Source: Candidatus Parcubacteria bacterium (GTDB lineage Bacteria; Patescibacteriota; Saccharimonadia; Saccharimonadales; 2-12-FULL-41-12). From it: a DNA stretch of 64,000 bases. The DNA is taken from contig JAHWKM010000001.1 in the NCBI GenBank assembly GCA_019347895.1, positions 21,924-85,923 of the forward strand, read 5' to 3'. The position numbers and the translations under genes are program-made. The notes beneath the pieces were generated by a model that did no database searches, was not told the origin of the DNA, and saw nothing but the letters and a program-made list of their open reading frames with translations. Shown one piece after another: positions 10,282-19,586 of this stretch. The number at the start of each line of letters is the position of its first letter. Position 1 is the first letter of the stretch.

Positions 10282-12387
10282 ATGGCTAAAAATACAAACC
10301 CCGATGCTCAAAATCCCGACTATGCCGTCGAAGGTGTTGACCCTGAAATTGAGGCAAAAATTGACGCCATGATGAGTCCCGACGCACCAAAAAAACCGGC
10401 CGCCGGCAAAAAGCTAAAAATTAATGTTAAAGATTCTGCCGGCAATATAGACAACGCAAAAGCAGGAAGCGCCAGCGCGCCGCTCTTACCCAACGACAAA
10501 CTGCCTAAATTCGAAGACAATAAAAAGGCTGAGGAGACGGAGGAAACAACCGAAGCCTTCGAAGAACTGCCCGAGCAAGCGGACGAGGCTCCTCCTCAGG
10601 CGGAAGACGCAGCGGCCGGGGAAGAAATAACTATTGCCGATGAACAGCCAGCCGCACCTAACCTAAAGGATGAAATCGGCGTCGAAGACCGTGCTACACA
10701 GCAGGCGGTTGATGAAATCGTGGCCGAGGAATCAGACAGAATTTTAGCCATAGATGATGCCAAGGCCGAGCTGGCCAAGGATGGAACAGCTTTTAAGAAA
10801 AAAGGCTTGACGAATAAAATTAAGTCAAAACTAAGAGATTTTTGGGCCAACCCGCTAGCCCGCCGGTTAACTCTCGGCGGTGTTTTCTTAGCAATTATTA
10901 TTATTTTTTCCGTGCCGGCCAGCCGTTACTTTGTCTTAAACTTAGCCGGGGTTAGGGCGTCAGCTTCCATGAAAATTGTCGACGGGAAAACCGGCCAGCC
11001 GTTGAAAAATGTCGAGGTCAGCTTGTCTGGCAAAACTAATACAACTGATATCGACGGTCAGGTTAAACTGGATAAAATCAAGCTTGGCGAACAGAAAGTA
11101 ACGGCTAAAAAACCGGCCTTTGCCGAGCTTGACCGTAAAATTACCGTTGGCTGGGGGAGTAATCCAATGGGTGATTTTAGTCTAACGGCAGTCGGTAGCC
11201 GCTATGTATTTTCAGTCAAAGATTTTTTGTCAGACCGGCCGGTTGACGCGGAAGCCATCAGCGGACAATACAGCGCGCGGGCAAATGATGCAGGCGAGAT
11301 TGTTCTGGCGGTAGAGGACGAAAAACTTGAAGATATTGCCATAGAAATAGTCGCACAAAACTATCGTTCCGAAAAAATAAATCTGCCGGTTGGCAGCAAG
11401 AAAACCAATGAATTAAAGCTAGTGCCCGCACGCAAACACGTATTTGTATCCAAGCGGAGCGGCAAATACGACTTATATAAGATTGATGTCGACGGAAAAA
11501 ACGAGGAGCTGGTGCTAAAGGGGACGGGTAATGAAAACGAAGAAAACATGGTTATACTGCCTCATAAAACTAAAGGCAAGGTAGCTTTCGTATCAACACG
11601 GGGGGATAAATATAACAAGGACGGCTACGCGCTCAGCAGTTTAAATATTATTGATCTGGATACCAACGAAGCTACTAATATAGCCGAGTCCGAGCGAATA
11701 CAGCTGGTTGATTTTATTGATGACAAGCTCATTTTCGTAAAAATTAGAGCCGGCGAAAGCGCCGCCAGTCCTACTCGCCACCGACTGGCTTCTTACGATA
11801 TAGAAAGCGGCAAGGAGAAGCAGCTGGCTAGCAGCAATTACTTTAATGACGTATTAAGCGCCCGCGGAATAATCTATTACAGCCCGGCAGAGTATAAACT
11901 AAAGGGCCAGGTCGGATTTTATCAAATCAAGCCCGACGGCAGTGAAAAATACACGGTTTTTCCAGAGGAAGTATGGAATTTATTTAGAGTCAGCTACTTC
12001 AAAATCAATGCTTCTGTCAATCAAGACTGGTATGAATACGACATTGGCGGCGGGCAGTTTGATAAGCTTGAGGGAGCTCCGCCGGTTTTGAAATCACGGG
12101 TTTATGTCGACGCGCCGGACAGCCCAAACAGTATATGGGTGGATGAGCGCGACGGCAAAGGCGTATTGTTGCTATATAACACCGAAACCAACCAAGAAGA
12201 TAAGGCTCTGCAAACGCAGGGAGGGCTGCGCAATCCAATTCGCTGGCTGGATAACGACCATGTAATTTACCGGGTGTCGGACAATTCTCAAACAGCGGAT
12301 TACGTGTTGAGCATTAGCGGTGGAGAGCCTCGGAAAATCATAGACGTCACAAATATAGCCGGCCTAGACCGCTGGTACTATTATTAG
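10282..12387 (+). CDS. Large membrane-anchored protein. It has an acidic, low-complexity N-terminus, a single TM helix and a roughly 480-aa extracytoplasmic domain, possibly beta-propeller-like.
   Basis: 701 aa. The acidic disordered N-terminus covers about 190 aa. The TM helix is LTLGGVFLAIIIIFSVPA. The C-terminal region is rich in beta-strand-like repeats. There is no confident family match. Confidence 0.5.
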   Translation: MAKNTNPDAQNPDYAVEGVDPEIEAKIDAMMSPDAPKKPAAGKKLKINVKDSAGNIDNAKAGSASAPLLPNDKLPKFEDNKKAEETEETTEAFEELPEQADEAPPQAEDAAAGEEITIADEQPAAPNLKDEIGVEDRATQQAVDEIVAEESDRILAIDDAKAELAKDGTAFKKKGLTNKIKSKLRDFWANPLARRLTLGGVFLAIIIIFSVPASRYFVLNLAGVRASASMKIVDGKTGQPLKNVEVSLSGKTNTTDIDGQVKLDKIKLGEQKVTAKKPAFAELDRKITVGWGSNPMGDFSLTAVGSRYVFSVKDFLSDRPVDAEAISGQYSARANDAGEIVLAVEDEKLEDIAIEIVAQNYRSEKINLPVGSKKTNELKLVPARKHVFVSKRSGKYDLYKIDVDGKNEELVLKGTGNENEENMVILPHKTKGKVAFVSTRGDKYNKDGYALSSLNIIDLDTNEATNIAESERIQLVDFIDDKLIFVKIRAGESAASPTRHRLASYDIESGKEKQLASSNYFNDVLSARGIIYYSPAEYKLKGQVGFYQIKPDGSEKYTVFPEEVWNLFRVSYFKINASVNQDWYEYDIGGGQFDKLEGAPPVLKSRVYVDAPDSPNSIWVDERDGKGVLLLYNTETNQEDKALQTQGGLRNPIRWLDNDHVIYRVSDNSQTADYVLSISGGEPRKIIDVTNIAGLDRWYYY

Positions 12388-12395
12388 ACGCCTAC

Positions 12396-12550
12396 ACCAG
12401 CCAGTCTGCTTCCTGCCGGAGCCAGAAACCCCACTGGCTTCTTGGCACCAGGCACAATTTTCTTCTGCGGTATTCACTTCACCGTACCTTATGTACGGCT
12501 CGCTCCATTCCTCAAAGAGAAATTGCACCTGGCACTCAAGTGTAAGCGTC
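12396..12550. repeat. Intergenic repeat element of about 155 bp, copy A. It begins with a tandem-hairpin, terminator-like module immediately after the stop codon of 10282..12387.
   Basis: Hairpins are GCCAG-TCTGCTTC-CTGCC and AGCCAG-AAACCCCA-CTGGCT. Modules ttcttggcac, cttcaccgtacCTTATgtacggctcgCtcc and cctggcactcaa recur at 56398..56560, and the hairpin module recurs at 15511..15558. Confidence 0.6.
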
Positions 12551-12710
12551 TAATCGACCCTAATTTAGCTGCTCTCCCCTCAAACGGAATAAATTAATAC
12601 GAAGTAAATTCGCAATAATTTATGCTTAATTTTTTGGGGCTACGTACAGCATTCAGACTGGGGAGATCTAGGGTTGAATTGGTGAGAATGCTAAAATAAG
12701 GTTTAAGAGA

Positions 12711-13394
12711 ATGACTGGAATACATAGCTTCAGAGCAAAAACATGGCTTCGACTGATTTTACCGGCAGTGATTTACAGCCTTCTTTTTGCTCTAATTGTT
12801 ATTTTTCCTTTGTACATCTTCCATATTTCGGAGATATCGCTTAGTTTGCAAAGCGCAACCTCAGTCTCTTTGCTCGGCTTTGCATTAATTGAGTTAATTA
12901 TCCTGGCCTTAGTTGTTTATTGGCTAAAAAAAGACGGCCGCTCCCTTAAAGATTTAGGCCTTGGCAAGCCGACTACAAGAAAAGCTTTAGCTTTGGGGGT
13001 GCTAGTTGGGCTTTTGTGGGCCGGGGGCATTGTTGCTGACCTTGGTTTTAAAGCCGAACAGCTATTGACTTTAGATCAATTTAAGCTCTGGGGGATACTC
13101 ACAGGGATAGTGATAGCATTTTCAGAAGAGGTAATTTTTAGAGGATTTTTAATCACCGAATTAAAGAGACTAAAGTATAACGTTTGGATCCAGCTACTAG
13201 TTTCTTCGTTGCTGTTTGCTTTTATACATGGTCCGACAGCGCCCTTCGCCTTTGTGCTTGGCATAATATTGGGTGGACTTTATATATTCAGTCGATACAG
13301 CCTAACACCCATAATAGTCGCCCACATACTAGTCATTCTTTTGGTCGAACCATATTTAGTCATGGAAAGTGTAGCAGAATTCTATAAATTTTAA
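12711..13394 (+). CDS. CPBP family intramembrane metalloprotease (CAAX protease / Abi family).
   Basis: Polytopic membrane protein with FSEEVIFRGF (the EExxxR motif) and the downstream FIHGP and HILV His motifs characteristic of CPBP proteases. Confidence 0.7.
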   Translation: MTGIHSFRAKTWLRLILPAVIYSLLFALIVIFPLYIFHISEISLSLQSATSVSLLGFALIELIILALVVYWLKKDGRSLKDLGLGKPTTRKALALGVLVGLLWAGGIVADLGFKAEQLLTLDQFKLWGILTGIVIAFSEEVIFRGFLITELKRLKYNVWIQLLVSSLLFAFIHGPTAPFAFVLGIILGGLYIFSRYSLTPIIVAHILVILLVEPYLVMESVAEFYKF

Positions 13395-13435
13395 CCGCGT
13401 CGCTAATAGATGCTTATGCTACAATTATTAATGCT

Positions 13436-14017
13436 TTGTTTATGAAAAAGAAATATTTAATTTTGGTGCTGGTGCTGGTTTTTTCAAGCCTGCCAGGTTT
13501 TGTTTCTGCCCAAGATGATCAGACCAATCCAGTTCGACTGGAACGCGAAAAACGCGTCAGCGAGCGGATTAGCCGCTTCAACGTAAAATTGTCAGACCAG
13601 CAGAAAAGCTCGTATAAAGCTAGCTGCAAAGGCGCCCAAACCAAGGTGTCGGCACACCTGGAAAATGCCAAACGATTTTCACAAAAACACGATAAAAAAT
13701 TCTTTGAGATCATCGAAAAAACCAATAAACTTGCCGAGAGACTAAAAGCCAAGGGACAGGACGTAGAAGCCGTTCAAGCAGCGGTGAACAACGCAGTTGA
13801 AACAAATGAAAAGCTCAAGGCAGCTTATGGGGACTACATTTTAGCGCTAAGCGACACATCGCAAATGGACTGTCAGTTAGATCCGGAAGGTTTCAGGGCC
13901 TCCATTGACGGAGCCAAACAAAAATTTGCCGAACTGAGAAAATTCCGCCAAGAAGTCCGCAAACTGATCAAACAAGATTTAGTAGTGGCCTTGCAGTCAA
14001 TTTTAGCCGAGAACTAA
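13436..14017 (+). CDS. Secreted hypothetical protein with a signal peptide and coiled-coil character.
   Basis: N-terminal signal-like LILVLVLVFSSLPGFVSAQ. The remainder is charged and helical. No recognisable family. Confidence 0.4.
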   Translation: MFMKKKYLILVLVLVFSSLPGFVSAQDDQTNPVRLEREKRVSERISRFNVKLSDQQKSSYKASCKGAQTKVSAHLENAKRFSQKHDKKFFEIIEKTNKLAERLKAKGQDVEAVQAAVNNAVETNEKLKAAYGDYILALSDTSQMDCQLDPEGFRASIDGAKQKFAELRKFRQEVRKLIKQDLVVALQSILAEN

Positions 14018-14018
14018 C

Positions 14019-14528
14019 ATGAAAGATGATATTAAAACTGAACCAAACAACCAACCGCCGCAGTTCAGGCAGCCGCTTTCTAGCCCGCCCAGAAATCTCG
14101 ACGGCAAAGTCCCGCCGGATTCGGTCAACCTAAATACCGTGCAGAGCCAATCTGGCAAGCCTGATCAAACCACGTTAAACCAGCAAGATAACCAAGAATT
14201 AAAACCACAAACTGATGAACAAAAACCAGATCAGCAAAATAAGCCGCCCTCGCCTGCAAAACCTAAAAAGAAACGCGGTATTTTGCCAATAGCCATTTCG
14301 ATTATTATTCTACTGGCGCTCAGCTCGCTGGCGGTTTATGCCGGCTTAATTAAAAAAGATGAATCCCAAAGAAATTTGGATAATACCGATGCATCTGCCC
14401 ACCAGCCGGCGATAAGCGACGCTGAAGACAGGCAGGCCTTGCAGCAAGTCATAGACCAAATTGATGAGCTGCCTGACGATAAAGATACTTCGGGCGACAA
14501 TTTGACTGATCAAAAACTGGGACTGTAA
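14019..14528 (+). CDS. Hypothetical Pro/Gln-rich protein with one TM helix.
   Basis: Its start is 1 nt after the upstream stop, so it is probably co-transcribed. It has a low-complexity PQ-rich N-terminus, the TM helix ILPIAISIIILLALSSLAVYAGLI and an acidic C-terminus. Confidence 0.4.
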   Translation: MKDDIKTEPNNQPPQFRQPLSSPPRNLDGKVPPDSVNLNTVQSQSGKPDQTTLNQQDNQELKPQTDEQKPDQQNKPPSPAKPKKKRGILPIAISIIILLALSSLAVYAGLIKKDESQRNLDNTDASAHQPAISDAEDRQALQQVIDQIDELPDDKDTSGDNLTDQKLGL

Positions 14529-14559
14529 GTAAAGTCGCCGGTTTTGGTATATTGTTAGC

Positions 14560-15156
14560 ATGAAAGATAAAGTAGCGGTGCTTAAAATCAACGACCCGAA
14601 GCTGGTTGAATTATTCAATAGCGGCAAAGTTGTCGTCATACCAACCGACACGGTGTATGGACTCAGCGTCAAAGCTAATAATGAAAAGGCGGTTGAAGCT
14701 CTATACGGCCTTAAAAATCGCGAATCCAAACCCGGAACCGTTATAGCCGCTTCGATTGACCAGCTGGTTGAGCTCGGTATAAAACGGCGTTACATAACGG
14801 CAGTTGCAGATTACTGGCCCGGTTCAATTAGCATCGAAATACCGCACGGCTTAGGCTACCTTAGCCAAGAAACCGGACGGCAAGCCTTCCGCGTAGTATC
14901 GGATCCTACGCTGCTAAAATTGCTGCAAGGTACAGGACCTCTTCTTACTACCAGTTGCAATTTGCCGGGCCAGCCGCCGGCCAACAACATCAATGAAGCC
15001 ATGATTTATTTTGGCGATAAAGTTGCGGCTTATGTAGACGGAGGCGATTTATCAGGCAGAGAACCATCGACTTTAATCCGTATTGTTGACGATGTAGTAG
15101 AGGTTATTCGCGAGGGAGCTGTTAAAATTGATGAATCGGGGAGAATAATAAATTGA
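14560..15156 (+). CDS. tsaC: L-threonylcarbamoyladenylate synthase (YrdC/Sua5 domain, t6A biosynthesis).
   Basis: VVVIPTDTVYGLSVKANNEKAVEALYGLKNRESKPGTVIAAS matches the YrdC-domain signature. Confidence 0.75.
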   Translation: MKDKVAVLKINDPKLVELFNSGKVVVIPTDTVYGLSVKANNEKAVEALYGLKNRESKPGTVIAASIDQLVELGIKRRYITAVADYWPGSISIEIPHGLGYLSQETGRQAFRVVSDPTLLKLLQGTGPLLTTSCNLPGQPPANNINEAMIYFGDKVAAYVDGGDLSGREPSTLIRIVDDVVEVIREGAVKIDESGRIIN

Positions 15157-15494
15157 ACGATTTAAAATTTGATGATTATCAAAAGCAAGCTATTAAAACC
15201 GCCATTAACCAAGAGGAAGATTTTATGACCCTTATGTACAGGACGCTTGGCTTGGTGGGAGAGTCCGGTGAGGTGGCAGAGAAAATTAAGAAAATTCTGC
15301 GGGATAAAGGTGGCAATATCTCTGATTCAGACAAGCAGGAAATAATTAAGGAAATGGGCGACGTGTTGTGGTATTTGCAGGCCTTGGCTGATTGTTTAAA
15401 GGTGCCGTTTAGCCAGGTGGCGCATATAAATTTAGACAAAATCCATAGCCGCAAAAGCCGCGGCGTGACCAAAGGCTCCGGCGATAACCGCTAA
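15153..15494 (+). CDS. MazG-like nucleotide pyrophosphohydrolase.
   Basis: LGLVGESGEVAE...EMGDVLWYLQALA is the EExGE...E..D helical MazG/NTP-PPase signature. It overlaps tsaC by 4 bp. Confidence 0.7.
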   Translation: MNDLKFDDYQKQAIKTAINQEEDFMTLMYRTLGLVGESGEVAEKIKKILRDKGGNISDSDKQEIIKEMGDVLWYLQALADCLKVPFSQVAHINLDKIHSRKSRGVTKGSGDNR

Positions 15495-15510
15495 TCTTTG
15501 CCCTTGCAAC

Positions 15511-15558
15511 AGCCAGTCTGCTTCTGGCGGAGCCAGAAACCCCACTGGCTTCTTGCGA
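15511..15558. repeat. Partial copy (tandem-hairpin module) of the intergenic repeat family, directly after the mazG-like stop codon. It probably acts as a terminator.
   Basis: cagccagtctgcttctggcggagccagaaaccccactggcttcttg is near-identical to 12399..12446. Confidence 0.6.
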
Positions 15559-15589
15559 AATTAAAAAACTATAGATAATATATAACACT

Positions 15590-15787
15590 ATGCCAAAACA
15601 TGAAGCAGATTCAAATCCAGATCAAAAACCAGAAGCCAGGCATCCCATAGATAGAGATAATCCTATTCCAGCTGTTCTTCCAATGGTCATTGAGCAAGCA
15701 GGACGAATAAAGCCAGGAAACGCCGAGCATATAGTTGAGGGTGCAGCTATGCTTGCAAGGGTTGTAAGTCTTGGCCCTAAGGAATAG
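15590..15787 (+). CDS. Small hypothetical protein (65 aa).
   Basis: ORF only. No family recognised. Confidence 0.25.
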   Translation: MPKHEADSNPDQKPEARHPIDRDNPIPAVLPMVIEQAGRIKPGNAEHIVEGAAMLARVVSLGPKE

Positions 15788-15815
15788 TTTTAGATATTTA
15801 CTGGCTTGCTACAAC

Positions 15816-17114
15816 TTACTGCTTACTGCTGCGAACGAAGTTCGCTCGGATCCACTCATCCAGGCTGCTGCCGCCGCCGCCGGATAAGCAAACTACTAAG
15901 TCGCCATTTTCTAAGTGTTTTTTGATATTTTGTTTTAGCTGCTGGTTAAGCTCAGCGGGCTGGGCAATTTCCGCGTTCGACATGTAGCTAATCAGCTCTT
16001 TGGCCTTGAGAATTTTTTGGCTGGGATCTTCGCGGGCTAGATAGCTCGGTACCCAATAAAGCTGTTTGACTCCTTTGAACAAGTCCTTATATTCTTCCTT
16101 TATAAAATGCTGGCGGCGGTTTGTCAGCGGTTCGTAGACCACAACCACACTATCCGAGTATTCCCCGGCCGTTTGCAGGCAGCCGGCTATCTTGGCCGGT
16201 GTGTGGGCGTAATCGCTGTACAAGTTGGCCGTAATCCGTTCAAAGCGGCGTGACACGCCGGGGAATTTTTTCATCATTTCAATTAGGTTTTCAATGGGTT
16301 CGCCGGTTAGTTTATGGGCGGCAGCGATTACCAAAAAGCCGTTTTTTCGGTTTACTTCGCCTCCAATGCTTAACGCGTTAAGCATTTTGTCGTCATCATC
16401 CAAAACCATGTATTTTTCATCGGTGTTTTCAATACCCAGTTTCTCTAAGTCGCCCAGCCAGAGCACCTTATCAGTTGATTGGGCTAAGAAATCCCTGAAG
16501 GCCTGGAGATAGCTTTGTTTGGTAGGAAAAACTTCATGATGATCATAGTCAACGCCGGAAATAATACTCAAATGAGGATGGAAAGCCAAAAAATTGCGGT
16601 CAAATTCGTCGCATTCGTAGATAAAATATTTAGAATCAGCTTCAAAATAACCCATCTCGCCAAATGATATTTTGGCGCCTACAGAGTAGCTTGGCCTCAT
16701 ACCGAGCCGCTTGAATAACCAGATCGCCATGGCCGTAGTGGTTGTTTTGCCGTGCGTTCCGGCAACGGCCACAAGTTTTTTATTGGACTGGCCAATAATT
16801 TTATTTAAAAATTCGTCGCGCTTGGTGGCTTTTATATTATTTTCCCGGGCAAAAACTAATTCCGGATGGTTTGGATTTTCAATTTTCACAGCCGACGAAT
16901 AAACTATCCAGTCGATCGGTTTTTTGCTATGGACACCCGCGATCTGTTTGCCGGTTTGACCGATTTGTATATCATCTATGCCATTTTTCTTAAGATATTC
17001 AATATATTCGGAGTTTTGCTTGTCTGAACCGGATACAGCGTAGCCTGCTTGGCGAGCCAGCATCGCTAGCGGTCCGATAGCGGTTCCGCCAATGCCGGAG
17101 AAATATATATGCAT
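15816..17114 (-). CDS. murC: Mur ligase family protein, most like UDP-N-acetylmuramate--L-alanine ligase (MurC). An Mpl-like ligase is possible.
   Basis: The N-terminal IYFSGIGGTAIGPLAMLARQAGYAVSGSD is the MurC/Mpl Rossmann start. GTHGKTTTTAM is the Mur ligase P-loop. 432 aa. Confidence 0.6.
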   Translation of the reverse strand: MHIYFSGIGGTAIGPLAMLARQAGYAVSGSDKQNSEYIEYLKKNGIDDIQIGQTGKQIAGVHSKKPIDWIVYSSAVKIENPNHPELVFARENNIKATKRDEFLNKIIGQSNKKLVAVAGTHGKTTTTAMAIWLFKRLGMRPSYSVGAKISFGEMGYFEADSKYFIYECDEFDRNFLAFHPHLSIISGVDYDHHEVFPTKQSYLQAFRDFLAQSTDKVLWLGDLEKLGIENTDEKYMVLDDDDKMLNALSIGGEVNRKNGFLVIAAAHKLTGEPIENLIEMMKKFPGVSRRFERITANLYSDYAHTPAKIAGCLQTAGEYSDSVVVVYEPLTNRRQHFIKEEYKDLFKGVKQLYWVPSYLAREDPSQKILKAKELISYMSNAEIAQPAELNQQLKQNIKKHLENGDLVVCLSGGGGSSLDEWIRANFVRSSKQ

Positions 17115-17283
17115 AATATTAGAGTAAAGAGTAAAGGTTAAAGAGTAAAGTTAATAATCTAAAAAAAGAAACTCCTAATAAATTATGTGACCCACGTGAA
17201 AGTTAAAAAATTTTTTATGGCTAAAAGTGCTTAACTTACGACTGAAACTTTTAGCTTTTATCTTTTGGCTTTAAACTAGTGTT

Positions 17284-17886
17284 ATGAACAAGCGCAAACT
17301 CCATCACCAATATAAAAAGGTCAGGGTGATTAAACCGTGGTATTTTTTAGCTGCCAGCCTGATTTTTCTAGCGGTTGGGGTATATGGCCTCAGGCAAAAC
17401 AACTTTGAAGCGCTTAAGCTAAGGGACGAAGTAATAAAAGCCGATGAGCAAAATGGCGATATAGAGGGCGCGCTCAGAGACCTTCGCCAGCATACTTACT
17501 CGCATATGAATGCCGAGCTCTCCAGCGGGCCTACTACCATCAAGCAGCCCATACAGCTTAAGAACCGCTATGAGAAGCTGGTGGCTGCCGACGCTAAGAA
17601 GGTTAAGGCCAAGAATGTACAAGTTCAAAAAACTGCTGAAAATATCTGCGGCCAGAGGTATCCGGCGGCGGGGTTCAATAGTTCCAGGGTGGCCTGCGTG
17701 GTCGACTATGTCGGGAAGAACGCAGCCACGGAAAGCAACATTCCCCCGGAATTATATAAATTCGATTTTGTCAGTCCGGCTTGGACGGCTGATAAAACCG
17801 GGCTGAGCCTTCTAGCGGCAGGCTTTTTATTTATGGTTTTTATATTGCGTCTGGCTGTTGGCTGGTGGTATAAATACGAACTGTAG
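17284..17886 (+). CDS. Hypothetical membrane protein with N- and C-terminal TM helices.
   Basis: 200 aa with a TM helix near residues 20-40 and another near the C-terminus. No family recognised. Confidence 0.4.
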   Translation: MNKRKLHHQYKKVRVIKPWYFLAASLIFLAVGVYGLRQNNFEALKLRDEVIKADEQNGDIEGALRDLRQHTYSHMNAELSSGPTTIKQPIQLKNRYEKLVAADAKKVKAKNVQVQKTAENICGQRYPAAGFNSSRVACVVDYVGKNAATESNIPPELYKFDFVSPAWTADKTGLSLLAAGFLFMVFILRLAVGWWYKYEL

Positions 17887-17896
17887 ATTGGGCTGA

Positions 17897-18622
17897 TTAG
17901 CGTTCGTTTGGTTCGGTGTTTGCCGGTGGATTGTCGGTTGTGTTATCGGGCGAGTTTTCATTTGGAGCAGCCGAACCCGAATCTTCAGTTGAGGATGGCT
18001 TTGATGATTCAGGGTTTGGATTGTTCTGCTGATTTTGCTGCTCACAATCCTGGCCGTTTGGATTTGCCTTTTTATACTCCGCGACAGCTTTAGCTACTTG
18101 CCCGTCATCTTTTAGATTTTCCCAAAATGTAATTTGAGACCTGTTAATAACCATACTATCTTGCGGACCGTGCAGCTCGCAACCTAGCTTTACCAGCGAA
18201 ACATCATTTTGCGAAGCTTGTGGTTCTTTTTGATCTGGCTGGACTTGTTGGTTAACCCTAAGATAGTAGATGTCCGACACGCTTAGAAAGTCTCTGTTTA
18301 ACTCGTTAATGTGGCCGAAGTAGACCTGCCCGTTATTTAAAAATACGGCTTGATATTTTGAAGGATCAACAAATCTTTCTTCCCGCGAGTCATTTTTGAA
18401 AAACACCAGCGATAGAAGTACCCCGACAAGGACAACCGTAACTGAAAAAAGCAGAAATACGTAGGTTACCTTTAAGATTCCGCCGGTTCTAAAGCGGCTT
18501 ATTCTGCCGCCCTTTTTTGTGTTGCCTGGGCCCGGATGCGACTGTTGCGGCGCCGAGGCCGGTTCATTATGATTCGTATTGACCTGCTGACTAGGCCGGA
18601 AGCTTCTATTGTTTAGGTCCAT
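17897..18622 (-). CDS. Hypothetical membrane-anchored protein with a low-complexity Q/N/P-rich C-terminus.
   Basis: 241 aa with one TM helix (VTYVFLLFSVTVVLVGVLLSLVFF) and a compositionally biased tail. Confidence 0.4.
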   Translation of the reverse strand: MDLNNRSFRPSQQVNTNHNEPASAPQQSHPGPGNTKKGGRISRFRTGGILKVTYVFLLFSVTVVLVGVLLSLVFFKNDSREERFVDPSKYQAVFLNNGQVYFGHINELNRDFLSVSDIYYLRVNQQVQPDQKEPQASQNDVSLVKLGCELHGPQDSMVINRSQITFWENLKDDGQVAKAVAEYKKANPNGQDCEQQNQQNNPNPESSKPSSTEDSGSAAPNENSPDNTTDNPPANTEPNER

Positions 18623-18914
18623 TTAAATTTTCCACCTCTGTTTTATTAATCTTTATACCATGTAGTTTAATGCATAAGCGTCTTTGTTTGCAAGGTTATT
18701 ATCAAAAACTTGTACAACAACTAAGTTGTAAAATGTACTTTTAAGGTGTTTTGGTTGATTCTATGGTGAGATTTTTATAACCTTTAACTTCGGTGATTGT
18801 CTATATCATCTAGTATGAAGGCCGGTAAAAGTCATCTTCCGGGGTTGACAACTAAAATCCCAAAGGAGTATCGTAAGGGTACCATTTAATCTAACAGAGG
18901 GAGAATATAGCAAA

Positions 18915-19112
18915 ATGGGATATAGCCATACTAATAGCAAGGGTGTGAAATACTACCTAAACTCAAAAGACGTTGTACTTCGCGGTGGAAAGAAGCAGAC
19001 TATCTACTACTTCTCAAAAGACGACCGTCCAGAGACATCTACTGATCTGCCAAGCGGCATGAGCGTCAACGAAAATCCACGCAACGGCTTCCTTACCGTT
19101 AAGCGCGGCTAA
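18915..19112 (+). CDS. Small hypothetical protein (65 aa) with its own RBS and a downstream rho-independent terminator.
   Basis: GGGAG lies 8 nt upstream of the ATG. The ORF is followed by a strong terminator at 19131..19165. Confidence 0.45.
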   Translation: MGYSHTNSKGVKYYLNSKDVVLRGGKKQTIYYFSKDDRPETSTDLPSGMSVNENPRNGFLTVKRG

Positions 19113-19130
19113 TTTAGCTATAAGTTAGAT

Positions 19131-19165
19131 AAAACCGGCCGGGTTCGTCCCGAGCCGGTTTTAAT
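19131..19165 (+). terminator. Rho-independent terminator.
   Basis: AACCGGCCGGG-TTCG-TCCCGAGCCGGTT forms a stem, followed by TTTAATTT. Confidence 0.6.
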
Positions 19166-19181
19166 TTGCTAAAATATAGAT

Positions 19182-19574
19182 ATGCAAGATTCAATTTTTA
19201 CCAAGATTATCAAAGGCGAGATACCTTGCCATAAGGTATATGAAGACCATAAAACTTTTGCGTTTTTAGATATTCACCCGAAACAACAAGGACACACTCT
19301 TGTTATTCCTAAAAAACAGGTAGAATTCGTCTGGGATCTCGATGAAGAGGATTACCATGCGGTTATGTCGACAGTTAAAAAGGTAGCTCTTAGGATCAGG
19401 AAGGCTATAGGCAGTAAATATGTTGGCGAGCTAATCGTTGGCGAAGAAGTACCTCATGCTCACGTCCACGTCTATCCGTTTAATACACTAGAGGAATCAC
19501 GCGATATTCCTGATCCGAATATTGAGCCAGACCACGAAGCATTAGCTGAGATGGCTAAGCTATTGGCTTTTTAG
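19182..19574 (+). CDS. HIT family hydrolase (histidine triad protein).
   Basis: The HAHVHVYP histidine triad HxHxHxx is present. 130 aa. Confidence 0.8.
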   Translation: MQDSIFTKIIKGEIPCHKVYEDHKTFAFLDIHPKQQGHTLVIPKKQVEFVWDLDEEDYHAVMSTVKKVALRIRKAIGSKYVGELIVGEEVPHAHVHVYPFNTLEESRDIPDPNIEPDHEALAEMAKLLAF

Positions 19575-19586
19575 CTAATAATCCAG

